The notes: generated by a model from the sequence alone, not told the origin. 64,000 nucleotides of DNA from an uncultured Flavobacteriales bacterium (GCA_937139155.1 CAKZPI010000021.1:81339-145338), one strand, 5' to 3'. Shown: positions 1-9,692, counted from the first letter of the stretch. Made by a program: numbers and translations.

Positions 1-572
1 CCGGTATAGGGTAAATTTTCCCCTTTTGCTTTTTGCATTACATAGAATGGTGGCCGCCAGGCATGTACTTGAAGATTGTAAAAGAAACCAACCTTATTGT
101 CAATAATTCCGTTCACATCTACCCCTTTAAGGTCATGGAAGAGCACTTCTTCTTGTCCGAAATCGTACCCGGCTTTCTCAAAAAATATGGGGTTTATTTG
201 TAGGTTCACCCGGTCATCCATGATTCCTATGAAATGACCTGGCCATGGAAAAAAGTACTTGAGTTTTGGGGATTTTTGGTAATGCTTTTGCCAAGCTTCA
301 TCCGCATAGATTAAATTATCAATCAAGACCCTTTTATGAATCGGACTTAAAGTATCATTTGGGCTAACTTCATCCAGGCCGAAGTATTCAAAACCAAGTT
401 TTCGAGAAATGGGCTTATGCCCGATGTACAAACCTTGCTGGTTTCCATTTAAAATTTGATCCCGCTCAATCAAAAGATTAATCTCATGGTCGGGTTGGTA
501 AGGAACGCCTTGAGCGAATCCAAGAATTGGCAATGCTAAACACGAAAGTATCCGGATGATAAATTGGTTCAT
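1..572 (-). CDS. secreted hypothetical protein, N-terminal 190 codons (3' end lies outside the window)
   Basis: Not in the ORF track because it runs off the edge. My translation from the ATG at 572-570 (minus) reads MNQFIIRILSCLALPILGFAQGVPYQPDHE... (signal-peptide-like) and stays open to position 1. Its ATG overlaps the stop of the upstream methyltransferase by 4 nt (ATGA). Confidence 0.55.
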   Translation of the reverse strand, partial: MNQFIIRILSCLALPILGFAQGVPYQPDHEINLLIERDQILNGNQQGLYIGHKPISRKLGFEYFGLDEVSPNDTLSPIHKRVLIDNLIYADEAWQKHYQKSPKLKYFFPWPGHFIGIMDDRVNLQINPIFFEKAGYDFGQEEVLFHDLKGVDVNGIIDNKVGFFYNLQVHAWRPPFYVMQKAKGENLPYT

Positions 573-1399
573 GGTCTTTGTTTTGTGGCCAAAATCAGAG
601 CTGATCTCCCTTCTGAATTGGGCCAAAGAATATCTAGCAAGTAAAGTAAAAATAAGATGAGAAAGCCTGGAAGCCACCAAATCAAGGAAACCCAAATCAA
701 TGCAAAGGGAAGGGCCTGGGTAAGGTAGTTCAGGCTCAAGTATAATTGATAAGCTAGATTTCCAAATATGCCATAGGTGATAATGGTTTCATCCAAACTA
801 AACCCTCGGCTTTCAAGTTCGATATTAAAGCTATCCAATGGAAAGTGCTTTCCTTGGGCATGGCTTTGAACATAATCTGCGTCTTGAATTTTTTTGGAAA
901 GCCATTGGTTTAATTTCCAGCGAGAATGCTCACGTATGGGAATGTACAAAGCCAAGCTAGAGCCGACTTGAGCTAACCCTTGAATTTTGTTCATGGCCGC
1001 CTCAAAATTCGGAATGGCTTGCAATACCCCAACCATATATATAAGATCAAATTTCTCATCTTCTAGACTCAGGAAGTCTTGGTTGATAAACTCAACCTTA
1101 CGATTTAATTTTTGAGAAATGGATTCTGCCATTTGAATATTGTCTTTGACCATATCCAATCCAATGAGCTTAACATGCTTGGGCAAGGTGAAGAGTATCT
1201 CTCCTGATCCAGAGCCAACTTCTAGCACCTTCGCCCCCCGAGGCAAGTCTTTCACCAAAGCCTTAATTTTGGGCACCACATACCAATACCGAAGGGTAAC
1301 CAAGCGGTTTAACCGATGCCAAAACAATACGATTCTCGGAAACTTAAAGGACCAAGAAGGAAAACTATGGGTATTGCTATAAGCCCCTATTTTCTTCAT
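569..1399 (-). CDS. class I SAM-dependent methyltransferase with hydrophobic C-terminal membrane segments
   Basis: 276 aa. SAM-binding motif I is VLEVGSGSGE, followed by LIGLD. The C-terminal ~60 aa are strongly hydrophobic (ALPFALIWVSLIWWLPGFLILFLLYLL). The start overlaps the asd stop by 4 nt. Confidence 0.75.
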   Translation of the reverse strand: MKKIGAYSNTHSFPSWSFKFPRIVLFWHRLNRLVTLRYWYVVPKIKALVKDLPRGAKVLEVGSGSGEILFTLPKHVKLIGLDMVKDNIQMAESISQKLNRKVEFINQDFLSLEDEKFDLIYMVGVLQAIPNFEAAMNKIQGLAQVGSSLALYIPIREHSRWKLNQWLSKKIQDADYVQSHAQGKHFPLDSFNIELESRGFSLDETIITYGIFGNLAYQLYLSLNYLTQALPFALIWVSLIWWLPGFLILFLLYLLDILWPNSEGRSALILATKQRP

Positions 1400-2397
1400 G
1401 CCTTGCTGGGAGCCAGAACCTTGGTGGCTATCAATTCTGCAATTTGAACGGTGTTGGTGGCTGCACCTTTTCTCAAGTTATCGGCTACAATCCACATGTT
1501 TAAGGTGTTTTTATGAGAGCGATCCTTTCGAATTCTCCCCACAAAAACCTCGTCTTTTCCACGCGCGAAAAGAGGCATGGGGTAGGTGTTTACATCCGGA
1601 TTGTCCTGGACTTTGATTCCGGGAAACCCTTGAAGTGCTTGAAAAACTTCACTTAATACGGGTTCCCTTTCAAATTCAACATTCACAGACTCAGAATGTC
1701 CGCCCTGAACAGGCACCCGAACCGCGGTACAAGTAATGGATAGGTTTTCAATGCCTAAGATTTTACGGGTTTCATTTTCAACCTTAAGCTCTTCTTTGGT
1801 GTATCCGTCTTCCTCAAAAACGTCGCAATGTGGCAGACAGTTTTGGTCAATGGGGTAAGGGTAAACCATGGCCCCTGTTTTTCCAGCACGTTCGTTGAGC
1901 ATTTGGTCTACCGCTCCTTTCCCAGTTCCGCTAATGCTTTGATAGGTGCTTACAACCACTCTTTTTAAGCCATATAATTTATGCAAGGGCTCCAGGGCCA
2001 TAACCAGTTGAATGGTTGAGCAGTTTGGGTTGGGAATGATTTTATCTTCCGGGGTCAAGCTTTCTCCATTGATTTCCGGAACAATGAGCTTTTTATCTGA
2101 ATCCATCCGGAAGGCAGAGGAATTATCAACCACGTAGCAGCCCTGGCTTGCAAATTTTGGAGCCCATTCTTTGGCCGTTGCCCCGCCAGCAGAGAATAAA
2201 GCCAGTTCAGGTTTCAAGCTCAAAGCCTCCTCCAAATCTCTTAGAATATGTTTATGCCCCCCAAACTCAAGAACTTTTCCTTTGCTTTTTGAAGAAGCAA
2301 CCATAATGAGTTCGGTAATTGGAAACGACCTTTCGGCCAATACCTTAAGCATTTCTTGGCCTACCATTCCGGTAGCGCCTACCAGGGCTATACGCAT
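1396..2397 (-). CDS. asd: aspartate-semialdehyde dehydrogenase
   Basis: 333 aa. N-terminal Rossmann motif is VGATGMVG. The active-site Cys context is NPNCSTIQL. Length and overall pattern are typical of Asd. Confidence 0.95.
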   Translation of the reverse strand: MRIALVGATGMVGQEMLKVLAERSFPITELIMVASSKSKGKVLEFGGHKHILRDLEEALSLKPELALFSAGGATAKEWAPKFASQGCYVVDNSSAFRMDSDKKLIVPEINGESLTPEDKIIPNPNCSTIQLVMALEPLHKLYGLKRVVVSTYQSISGTGKGAVDQMLNERAGKTGAMVYPYPIDQNCLPHCDVFEEDGYTKEELKVENETRKILGIENLSITCTAVRVPVQGGHSESVNVEFEREPVLSEVFQALQGFPGIKVQDNPDVNTYPMPLFARGKDEVFVGRIRKDRSHKNTLNMWIVADNLRKGAATNTVQIAELIATKVLAPSKA

Positions 2398-2497
2398 GAT
2401 TTTAAAATTTTTGCAAAGGACGGAAATATTCTGCTTATCCCTTCTTCTTCAAGGTTCTGATTTGGATTTAGTTCTGGAAAAACTTTAAATTTATCCT

Positions 2498-4987
2498 ATG
2501 AACCACCTAGCAAAACTTCTCGTCTTTTTGCCTCTATTGTCTTTGGGGCAGTTTCCTGTGATCGATTCTTTTCAGGACGGAAATTTTCACCTCAATCCTA
2601 AGTGGGTTGGAGATTCCGCTTTTTTTGAAGTGGAGGAAGAAGAACTTAAGCTTAAAGGACCCAGTCAATCCGATAGCTTGGGTTTATTTACAGCTTTTAA
2701 TCCTGCGGATAGCCTGATTGAGTGGAGGTTTAAGATGCGACTTTCCTTTTCCCCTTCTCAGAACAATCAGGCTTACTTTTTTCTCTGGACCAACGGAGAA
2801 AAAAATGAAAATTTTGAAGGCATTTTCCTCCGTTTAGGAAATTCTGGCTCGCCCGATGTATGGAATTTGGTGCATCAAACCGGTTTCTCACAAGAAATTT
2901 TAGGTTCTGGTCAAAAAAATTTCCCAAATTCTTCAGGACAAATCTTCCAAAGTAAAATAACCTATAAATCAGGGATTTGGACTGTTTTTTTTGATGCTTT
3001 TGGAGGGCCTTATTTTCAAGAGGAAATAAAAATTTCAAAAAATTTTCAATTTTCTTTTGGATTTTTAGGATGGGTTTGTAAATTTAGTCCCAGTAATGCA
3101 AACGCATTTTCACTCGATGAAGTTTACGCAGGTAAAATAATCGAGGATAATGAGCCACCGATCTTTGAACACATTACTTCGTTTCAAGATTCAATTCGAA
3201 TCAAAGTAAACGAACCCATTGACACCACCCGGTATCCAATCATTTTATGGAACCAAGATACGCTAGAGCTGATTCTGCGTACACGGGAAATCATTGCAAA
3301 ACATTACTCGGGGGTAGAATGGCCAGGTCTTATGCGGGTGGTTCTTTTATATGACTTGGCCGCGAATTCTACCCCCTTCTTTGATTCTCTTCTCACCCCC
3401 GAAAATCCGAAACAACATAGCCTCCTCTTTACTGAGGCCATGATTGATCCTTATCCTACCGTAGGTCTTCCAAACCAAGAATACCTTGAAATAACCAATA
3501 ACTCACCCCAAGATTTGAATCTCAAATGGTTCACCCTCGAGGTCAACCAAAAGAGAATCCCCCTCCCTGATTTTGACCTTTCTGTGGGGGAAAGCATTTG
3601 CTTAAATGAAGGTCTATTCCTCCAAAGCGATTCAATTTTTCTTAACCTTGATTACCTTCCTAGCCTGACCAATGATGAGCTGAGTTTAGGACTTTATTGG
3701 AACGATTTCCCCATTCATCAAGTTCATTTTAAAGCTTCTGATTTTGAAGATGAACCAAAGTCTATGGGAGGCTGGTCCCTGGAAATTCCAAGCTTGAACC
3801 AGGCTTGTGTACAAGGTTTTGATTGGGAGTTTTCAAATCAACCCACCGGTGGAAGCCCAGGTTTTCTAGATCCTCACCCTTTTAAAGACTCCGATCAAAG
3901 CCTTAAAATAAGGTCCTTTTCCATTGATTCAAACCGCACCATTCAGCTTGGGTTTAACCAGTATCTTGAATACTACTCACTTGATAAACTTGAGCTCCGA
4001 ATAAGCCCAAGTATACATCTTGAAAAGACATTTCCTCAAAATCCAAAGGGTGAAGTACGCTTACGCTTTGGCCAGGATTTTGATCCAAATCAAACGTATC
4101 AACTTGAAATCTTTCATGCGAAATCTTGCCAAGGGTCCGGTTTAGATACCCTGATTGTCTTCACCTTGCCTCAAACCCCAAAGTATGGTGATTTAAGAAT
4201 TGTAGAGGTAATGATAGAGCCCAACGAAGACCAGGCTGAATTTCTGGAAATTCACAATCGTAGTACTTTTAGTTTTGACCTGAGCGAATTGAGAATTTCA
4301 GTAAGCTCTGATTCAGAAGCATCGAATTTCTTTGAAGAGATTACATCAAAATCCTATTTAATAAACCCAGGAGACCTTGTTCTCATTTCTGAAGAGAAAA
4401 TGCCTTTGGCCTGTGAAACCGGACTCGGTTATGAAGTAAATCTGCCTGCCCTGTCAAATTCAGGGGTTAAGATTGTTTTGGGAAATCAGTATTGGGAAGA
4501 AATTGATGAAATTTGGGTTGAACCTAGCTTTCATCATCCATACCTTTCCGATTCAAAGGGGCGAAGTTTCATTCGACTGGGTGAGGAGGGGGAGAACCCT
4601 GAAAACTGGCAAACTTGTTTAACGGAGCAGGGATTTAGTCCGGGCTGCAAGGATGGAAGTCCAAGTCAAACTTTCCTGGGTGAATTTCATTTGGAACCAG
4701 AGTATATAAGCCCGAATCTTGACGGGTTTCAAGATTATTCCATTTTATATTATGAGTTTCCGGAGGAGGGATACTTAATGGATATTAGCGTTTGGAATCT
4801 TTCTGGGCAATGGGTTTCCTCACCCGTTCAATCTAAACTTTGCCCTCAACGAGGAGAAATTTCAATTACCGGAACCGGTGAGTCGGGACAAATTTTACCC
4901 TTCGGAAATTATATTCTACTCATACACGCAGAACATAAATCCGGCGAAAGCCTAAGCAGAAAATTACCCTTGATTATTGGTCCATGA
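2498..4987 (+). CDS. secreted protein with two lamin-tail-domain-like segments and an FlgD-Ig/CHU_C-like C-terminus
   Basis: 829 aa with signal peptide MNHLAKLLVFLPLLSLGQ. Two LTD-like stretches are present (NQEYLEITNNSPQDLNLKWFTLE and AEFLEIHNRSTFSFDLSELRI). The C-terminus has ISPNLDGFQDY...ISVWNLSGQWV...GNYILLIHAE, which resembles PNGDG-type Ig-like sorting or adhesion domains. Confidence 0.6.
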   Translation: MNHLAKLLVFLPLLSLGQFPVIDSFQDGNFHLNPKWVGDSAFFEVEEEELKLKGPSQSDSLGLFTAFNPADSLIEWRFKMRLSFSPSQNNQAYFFLWTNGEKNENFEGIFLRLGNSGSPDVWNLVHQTGFSQEILGSGQKNFPNSSGQIFQSKITYKSGIWTVFFDAFGGPYFQEEIKISKNFQFSFGFLGWVCKFSPSNANAFSLDEVYAGKIIEDNEPPIFEHITSFQDSIRIKVNEPIDTTRYPIILWNQDTLELILRTREIIAKHYSGVEWPGLMRVVLLYDLAANSTPFFDSLLTPENPKQHSLLFTEAMIDPYPTVGLPNQEYLEITNNSPQDLNLKWFTLEVNQKRIPLPDFDLSVGESICLNEGLFLQSDSIFLNLDYLPSLTNDELSLGLYWNDFPIHQVHFKASDFEDEPKSMGGWSLEIPSLNQACVQGFDWEFSNQPTGGSPGFLDPHPFKDSDQSLKIRSFSIDSNRTIQLGFNQYLEYYSLDKLELRISPSIHLEKTFPQNPKGEVRLRFGQDFDPNQTYQLEIFHAKSCQGSGLDTLIVFTLPQTPKYGDLRIVEVMIEPNEDQAEFLEIHNRSTFSFDLSELRISVSSDSEASNFFEEITSKSYLINPGDLVLISEEKMPLACETGLGYEVNLPALSNSGVKIVLGNQYWEEIDEIWVEPSFHHPYLSDSKGRSFIRLGEEGENPENWQTCLTEQGFSPGCKDGSPSQTFLGEFHLEPEYISPNLDGFQDYSILYYEFPEEGYLMDISVWNLSGQWVSSPVQSKLCPQRGEISITGTGESGQILPFGNYILLIHAEHKSGESLSRKLPLIIGP

Positions 4988-5023
4988 ACCTTAAGAAAAT
5001 AAAGCTGCGTATTTTCGCCGAGC

Positions 5024-6856
5024 ATGAAATACAAAGCCTCCTTAAAAGACCATATTCGAATACTGCCTAATAAGCCAGGGGTATATCAATATTATAATAA
5101 GGAGGGATTGATCTTATACATTGGCAAGGCCATTGATCTCAAAAAGAGGGTGTCGTCTTACTTCACCAACAGCAAGGGCCATAGCAATAAGATTAGAAGG
5201 TTGGTGTCTCAGATTGATACCATAAAGCATATTGTGGTAGAGACCGAAACCGATGCTTTGCTTTTGGAAAACAACCTGATTAAAAAGTATAAGCCTAGGT
5301 ACAATGTAATGTTGAAGGATGATAAATCTTATCCTTGGATATGCATTAAAAAGGAAGCTTTTCCGCGGGTTTTTGCCACCCGTCAGGTGATTAAAGACGG
5401 GTCTGAATATTTTGGTCCCTTCATTTCAAGCCGGATGATGCACACGGTGCTTGAGTTAATCAAACAGATTTATCCTTTGCGAACCTGTAATTATAACCTT
5501 AGTGAGGATAATATCAATGCAGGTAAGTTTAAGGTTTGCCTTGAATATCATATTGGCAATTGCTTAGGTCCGTGTGAGGGAAAGCAAAGCGAGGAGGATT
5601 ACGATGTTTCCATTCAAAACATCCGGCATATACTCAAAGGAAACCTCTCAGAAGTCTCAAAACATCTTCATGGGAAAATGATTGAATATGCAGAGCGTCT
5701 TGAGTTTGAAAGGGCTCAAATGATTAAGGAAAGGCTTGATATTTTGGATCGGTACCAGGCCAAGAGCACCATTGTTTCCCCGACCATTAATAATGTTGAC
5801 GTTTTCGCCATTCTCAGTGATGTAAAGGCGGCCTATATTAACTTTCTAAAGGTTGTAAATGGGGCTGTTATTCAGGCCCATACCCTAGAAATGAAGAAGC
5901 CCTTAGATGAGTCAGATGCGGATTTATTGGCTACGGGGCTGACTGAAATTCGGGAGCGATTTGATTCGAATGCAAAGGAGGTCATCCTTCCCATTGAGCC
6001 TGGCTTCAGTTTAGGCGATGACATAACCGTTACCATCCCGCAAAGGGGAGACAAGAAAAAACTATTGGAGCTTTCCATGCGAAATGCCCTCTATTATCGA
6101 AAAGAGAAATGGGAGCAGGTGAGTCATACAGACCCTGAAGCCCATACCAACCGATTGATGGAGCAGATGAAGAAAGACCTTCGCTTGCCCAAGGAGCCCA
6201 GGCATATTGAATGCTTTGACAATTCAAACATTCAAGGAACCAATCCGGTGGCAGCCTGTGTGGTATTTAAAAATGGGAAGCCCTCTAAAAAAGACTATCG
6301 ACACTTCAACATAAAAACCGTTGAGGGCCCTGATGATTTTGCCTCTATGGAGGAAGTGGTTTACCGAAGGTATAAGCGCCTATTGGATGAAGACCAGGAT
6401 TTGCCCCAATTGATTGTTATTGATGGGGGAAAAGGACAGTTGAGTTCGTCAGTGAAAAGCCTTGATAAACTTGGCTTGCGCGGGAAAATTGCCATCATAG
6501 GCATTGCTAAGCGGTTGGAAGAAATTTACTATCCCTTAGACCCAGTTCCATTATACCTTGACAAGCGATCGGAAACCCTTCGAATCATTCAACAACTCAG
6601 AAATGAAGCCCATCGATTCGGCATTGAACATCATCGATCCAGAAGAACCAAGGCCGGAATTAAAACGGGATTAACAGATATTCCTGGAATTGGTAAGGCT
6701 ACGGCGGAAAACTTGCTCAAGCACTTTAAATCCATTAAAAGATTGAAAGAAGCAAGTTTGGATGAAATCATTCAACTTGTAAACCAAGACAAAGCCCATA
6801 AAGTTTACGATTATCTTCACCCAGAAAACGAGTCAAATCAGGGAAAGAAAACGTAA
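5024..6856 (+). CDS. uvrC: excinuclease ABC subunit C
   Basis: 610 aa. GIY-YIG N-terminus (GVYQYYNKEGLILYIGKA), a UVR-like segment, and a C-terminal helix-hairpin-helix (IPGIGKATAENLLKHF). Confidence 0.95.
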   Translation: MKYKASLKDHIRILPNKPGVYQYYNKEGLILYIGKAIDLKKRVSSYFTNSKGHSNKIRRLVSQIDTIKHIVVETETDALLLENNLIKKYKPRYNVMLKDDKSYPWICIKKEAFPRVFATRQVIKDGSEYFGPFISSRMMHTVLELIKQIYPLRTCNYNLSEDNINAGKFKVCLEYHIGNCLGPCEGKQSEEDYDVSIQNIRHILKGNLSEVSKHLHGKMIEYAERLEFERAQMIKERLDILDRYQAKSTIVSPTINNVDVFAILSDVKAAYINFLKVVNGAVIQAHTLEMKKPLDESDADLLATGLTEIRERFDSNAKEVILPIEPGFSLGDDITVTIPQRGDKKKLLELSMRNALYYRKEKWEQVSHTDPEAHTNRLMEQMKKDLRLPKEPRHIECFDNSNIQGTNPVAACVVFKNGKPSKKDYRHFNIKTVEGPDDFASMEEVVYRRYKRLLDEDQDLPQLIVIDGGKGQLSSSVKSLDKLGLRGKIAIIGIAKRLEEIYYPLDPVPLYLDKRSETLRIIQQLRNEAHRFGIEHHRSRRTKAGIKTGLTDIPGIGKATAENLLKHFKSIKRLKEASLDEIIQLVNQDKAHKVYDYLHPENESNQGKKT

Positions 6857-6880
6857 GTTTGAACCTATTACTTAAATATC

Positions 6881-7474
6881 ATGAAAAAAGGACTTATTGC
6901 TGTAATTGTAGTTGGCGTATTGCTTATGGTTGGCTACTTTATGTTCAAGGGTATGTTCAACCAAATGAATGGCTTGCGCGAACAAACTAAGAGCCAGTGG
7001 GCCAATGTAGAAACTGCCTACCAACGCAGGGCTGACCTGATTCCGAATTTGGTGAAAACCGTAAAAGGGTATGCAGATTTCGAACAGGAAACCCTAACTC
7101 AGGTGATTGAAGCCCGAGCAAATGCCACAAGCATAAATTTAAATGCCGGAGATATAAATCCAGAAAACATGGCGAAATTCCAAGCTGCTCAGGATAAACT
7201 CTCTGGGGCTCTAAGCAGGTTATTGGTTACCGTTGAAAGGTACCCAGATCTAAAGGCAAATCAAAATTTCTTGCAATTGCAATCTCAATTGGAAGGCACT
7301 GAGAATAGAATATCTGTTGAGCGACGAAGGTATAACGAGGTGGTTCGAACCTATAATACCTACATCCAGAATTTCCCTCAATTTATTTTGGCAAATCTTA
7401 GAGGATTCGAAGCTCAAGCCTATTTTAAATCTGCCGAAGGAAGTGAAACCGTACCAGACGTAAGTTTTGACTAA
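6881..7474 (+). CDS. lemA: LemA family protein
   Basis: 197 aa with a single N-terminal TM. Conserved LemA stretches are RRADLIPNLV and ERYPDLKAN. Confidence 0.9.
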   Translation: MKKGLIAVIVVGVLLMVGYFMFKGMFNQMNGLREQTKSQWANVETAYQRRADLIPNLVKTVKGYADFEQETLTQVIEARANATSINLNAGDINPENMAKFQAAQDKLSGALSRLLVTVERYPDLKANQNFLQLQSQLEGTENRISVERRRYNEVVRTYNTYIQNFPQFILANLRGFEAQAYFKSAEGSETVPDVSFD

Positions 7475-7901
7475 ACCTAGATTTTTTACCGAAGAGGAAG
7501 AGGCAATCATTGTCAAAGCCATTCAAGAAGCCGAGAAAATGAGCTCGGGTGAAATTAAGGTGCATGTTGAAAGACATACCCAGAAAGATAATTTTGCCCG
7601 TGCCCGGGAAGTCTTCGAGTCTCTTGGAATGACCAAGACTGAAGACCGGAATGGAGTTTTGTTTTACATGGCCATTGAAGACCATAAGTTTTCAATCTTA
7701 GGAGATAAAGGCATCCATGAAAAATGCCCGAAAGGGTTTTGGGATGAGATTCGAAATGAGGTTCAAGATAATTTCAAGGCTGGGAAATTTGTAGAAGGCC
7801 TTTGTACCGGAATCAGCAAGGCCGGGAAAGCCCTAAAAGAATATTTTCCACACGCTCCAGAACAAGGCAACCAATTATCCGACCAAATTTCAAGATCATG
7901 A
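7467..7901 (+). CDS. TPM (TLP18.3/Psb32/MOLO-1) domain protein
   Basis: 144 aa. TTG start overlaps the lemA stop. Family-typical N-terminus is EEEEAIIVKAIQEAEKMSSGEIKVHVE. It follows lemA, as in the common LemA-TPM-TPM arrangement. Confidence 0.8.
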   Translation: MTKPRFFTEEEEAIIVKAIQEAEKMSSGEIKVHVERHTQKDNFARAREVFESLGMTKTEDRNGVLFYMAIEDHKFSILGDKGIHEKCPKGFWDEIRNEVQDNFKAGKFVEGLCTGISKAGKALKEYFPHAPEQGNQLSDQISRS

Positions 7902-8662
7902 AAAAGGGCTTGTTCCTTCTCTTATTAATTGCCGCTAACATTGCCTTCGGTCAAGACCGATTTCCTGAACCAAAGTCACCACCCATGTTGGTTAATGACT
8001 TCTCAGGAACCCTTGATCGGGATGCGGTTGACTATCTTGAAAACAAACTCCTTAATTACACAGATACTACCAGTACCGAAATAGCGGTGGTTTTATTGAA
8101 TACGATTAATGGAGAAGACCCCAATCTTTATGCCGCTGAACTTGGAGAGTATTGGGGTGTAGGTCAAGATAAGTACGAGAATGGTCTTGTGTTTTTGGTG
8201 GCAGTAAAAGACCGGCAAATGGCCATTCAAAATGGCTACGGACTGGAAGAAAAACTCACCGATGCCAAGACCAAATTAATCATTGAAAACATAATTCTTC
8301 CTGAATTTAAAAGCGGGAATTATGCCCGAGGCATTGACAAGGGTACAGATGCCATCATAGAAGTATTGGCCGGAACCTTTAAGGATAAAGGAAACCGGAG
8401 GTCTTCAAAATCAGATAAATTCCCGAAAGCAATTATTTTACTAGGGGTCATATTCGTCATCTTCATGATTGCCAAAATCAAGGGCGGAGGCCGTGGAGGA
8501 AGAGGCGGCGGCCTAGGCGGTGGATATTGGATTGGTGGAACAGGCGGTCACTGGGGTGGAAGCTCTTTCGGGGGTAGCTCAGGGGGCGGTTTCGGCGGTG
8601 GCGGCTTTGGTGGCTTCGGAGGAGGATCCTTCGGAGGAGGTGGAGCAAGTGGAAGCTGGTAA
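7898..8662 (+). CDS. TPM domain protein (YgcG-like) with TM segment and glycine-rich tail
   Basis: I moved the start to the ATG at 7898 (MKKGLFLLLLIAANIAFG signal), which overlaps the upstream stop as ATGA. It has a TPM core, a TM segment (AIILLGVIFVIFMIA), then a GGGRGGRGGGLGGG...GGGGASGSW tail. Confidence 0.8.
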   Translation: MKKGLFLLLLIAANIAFGQDRFPEPKSPPMLVNDFSGTLDRDAVDYLENKLLNYTDTTSTEIAVVLLNTINGEDPNLYAAELGEYWGVGQDKYENGLVFLVAVKDRQMAIQNGYGLEEKLTDAKTKLIIENIILPEFKSGNYARGIDKGTDAIIEVLAGTFKDKGNRRSSKSDKFPKAIILLGVIFVIFMIAKIKGGGRGGRGGGLGGGYWIGGTGGHWGGSSFGGSSGGGFGGGGFGGFGGGSFGGGGASGSW

Positions 8663-8672
8663 ACTCTTAGGC

Positions 8673-9113
8673 ATGTCAAGTCTAAACCTAAATACTGACC
8701 CAAGGGTCAAAGAAAAATTTAAGTCCTACCCGAAAGGAGTTCACTCAAAAATGAAAATCCTTCGAGAATTGGTTTTGGAGGTGGCTGAAAACCACCCGGA
8801 AATTGAAAACCTCGAAGAAACCTTGAAATGGGGAGAGCCAGCCTACCTATCTAAAAAAGGCAGTACCTTGAGAATGGACTGGAAAGAGAAATCACCCGAT
8901 CAGTATGCCTTGTATTTTCAATGCACCACCAGTCTAGTAGAAACTTTTAAGCAAGTTTTTGGTCCTTTATTTAGGTATGAAGGCAACCGAGCGATTCTCT
9001 TTAGTTTGGATGAAGACTTACCCCTTGATGAGATTAAGTCATGCATCCAGGCAAGCCTAACTTATCATAGGGTGAAAAACCAGACCGACTTAGGGATTAA
9101 GGTAAGGTCTTGA
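8673..9113 (+). CDS. DUF1801-like (YdhG-like) domain protein
   Basis: I moved the start to the ATG at 8673 (MSSLNLNT...). The upstream part of the track ORF is an alternate-frame read of the Gly-rich tail of the previous gene. The LKWGEPAYL motif is typical of DUF1801. Assignment is from memory only. Confidence 0.5.
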   Translation: MSSLNLNTDPRVKEKFKSYPKGVHSKMKILRELVLEVAENHPEIENLEETLKWGEPAYLSKKGSTLRMDWKEKSPDQYALYFQCTTSLVETFKQVFGPLFRYEGNRAILFSLDEDLPLDEIKSCIQASLTYHRVKNQTDLGIKVRS

Positions 9114-9178
9114 AATATAGTTAAGTGGGTTGTTTCTGAGTTCTTTGTATCTTTAAGAAAATCAAAAATCAGAACACA

Positions 9179-9577
9179 ATGAAGTACCGGATCGATTTAA
9201 AAACGGCCCTCATCGCTGCCGTTCTAGCGGCGGCCATCAATACGGGGCTTTATTATTTGGGCGTTGAATTGGGTGTAATTGACACCAGTCTTACCGTTCG
9301 GCCAGACGGAGGGGGTTTGACTTTAAGCCCGGTTTTGGTTTTCTCCATTGCCCCAGTATTTCTGGCTTGGTTTGTGTTTTTGCTGATTGCAAACATTTCC
9401 TCTGAACCCATTAAATGGTTTTCCATTTTAGCCATTCTCTTCCTTGTTCTCTCCTTTGGTCTGCCCTTTTCGGTAGAAGGGATTCAAATGCCTATGGTTC
9501 TATACTTAAACTTAATGCATGCTGTAGTTGCGGGAATTGTTTTATACTTATTTCGAAAACAGGCTTTTCAAAAGTGA
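9179..9577 (+). CDS. small integral membrane protein (about 4 TM)
   Basis: 132 aa, almost entirely hydrophobic helices. I do not recognise a family. Confidence 0.5.
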   Translation: MKYRIDLKTALIAAVLAAAINTGLYYLGVELGVIDTSLTVRPDGGGLTLSPVLVFSIAPVFLAWFVFLLIANISSEPIKWFSILAILFLVLSFGLPFSVEGIQMPMVLYLNLMHAVVAGIVLYLFRKQAFQK

Positions 9578-9607
9578 AATAGTTTGAGGTAATGTTCAAT
9601 GATAAAA

Positions 9608-9637
9608 AAAGCCGGAATGCCCTCGCATCCCGGCTTT
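9608..9637. terminator. bidirectional rho-independent terminator between convergent genes
   Basis: aaagccggaatgc / cctc loop / gcatcccggcttt forms a ~13-bp stem with one mismatch. An A-run lies upstream and TTTATT downstream, so it can terminate both strands. Confidence 0.55.
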
Positions 9638-9692
9638 ATTACTTGAAAAAGTTAACGCAACCTTAAGGGGTGCGTTTGTATAAAGAACGCTA

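Noticed and set aside
7336-7350. ggttcgaacc string resembling a tRNA T-arm.
   Set aside because: It lies inside the lemA coding frame with no flanking acceptor or anticodon structure. I found no tRNA in the window.
7802-7897. Upstream extension of the second TPM ORF (MYRNQQGRESPKRIF...).
   Set aside because: It lies inside the first TPM gene in another frame. The ATG at 7898 gives a proper signal peptide and an ATGA coupling.
8520-8672. N-terminal 51 codons of track ORF 8520-9113 (MDIGLVEQAVTGVEALSGVAQGAV...).
   Set aside because: This is an alternate-frame reading of the GC-rich glycine-tail DNA of the preceding TPM gene. The real gene most plausibly starts at the ATG at 8673.
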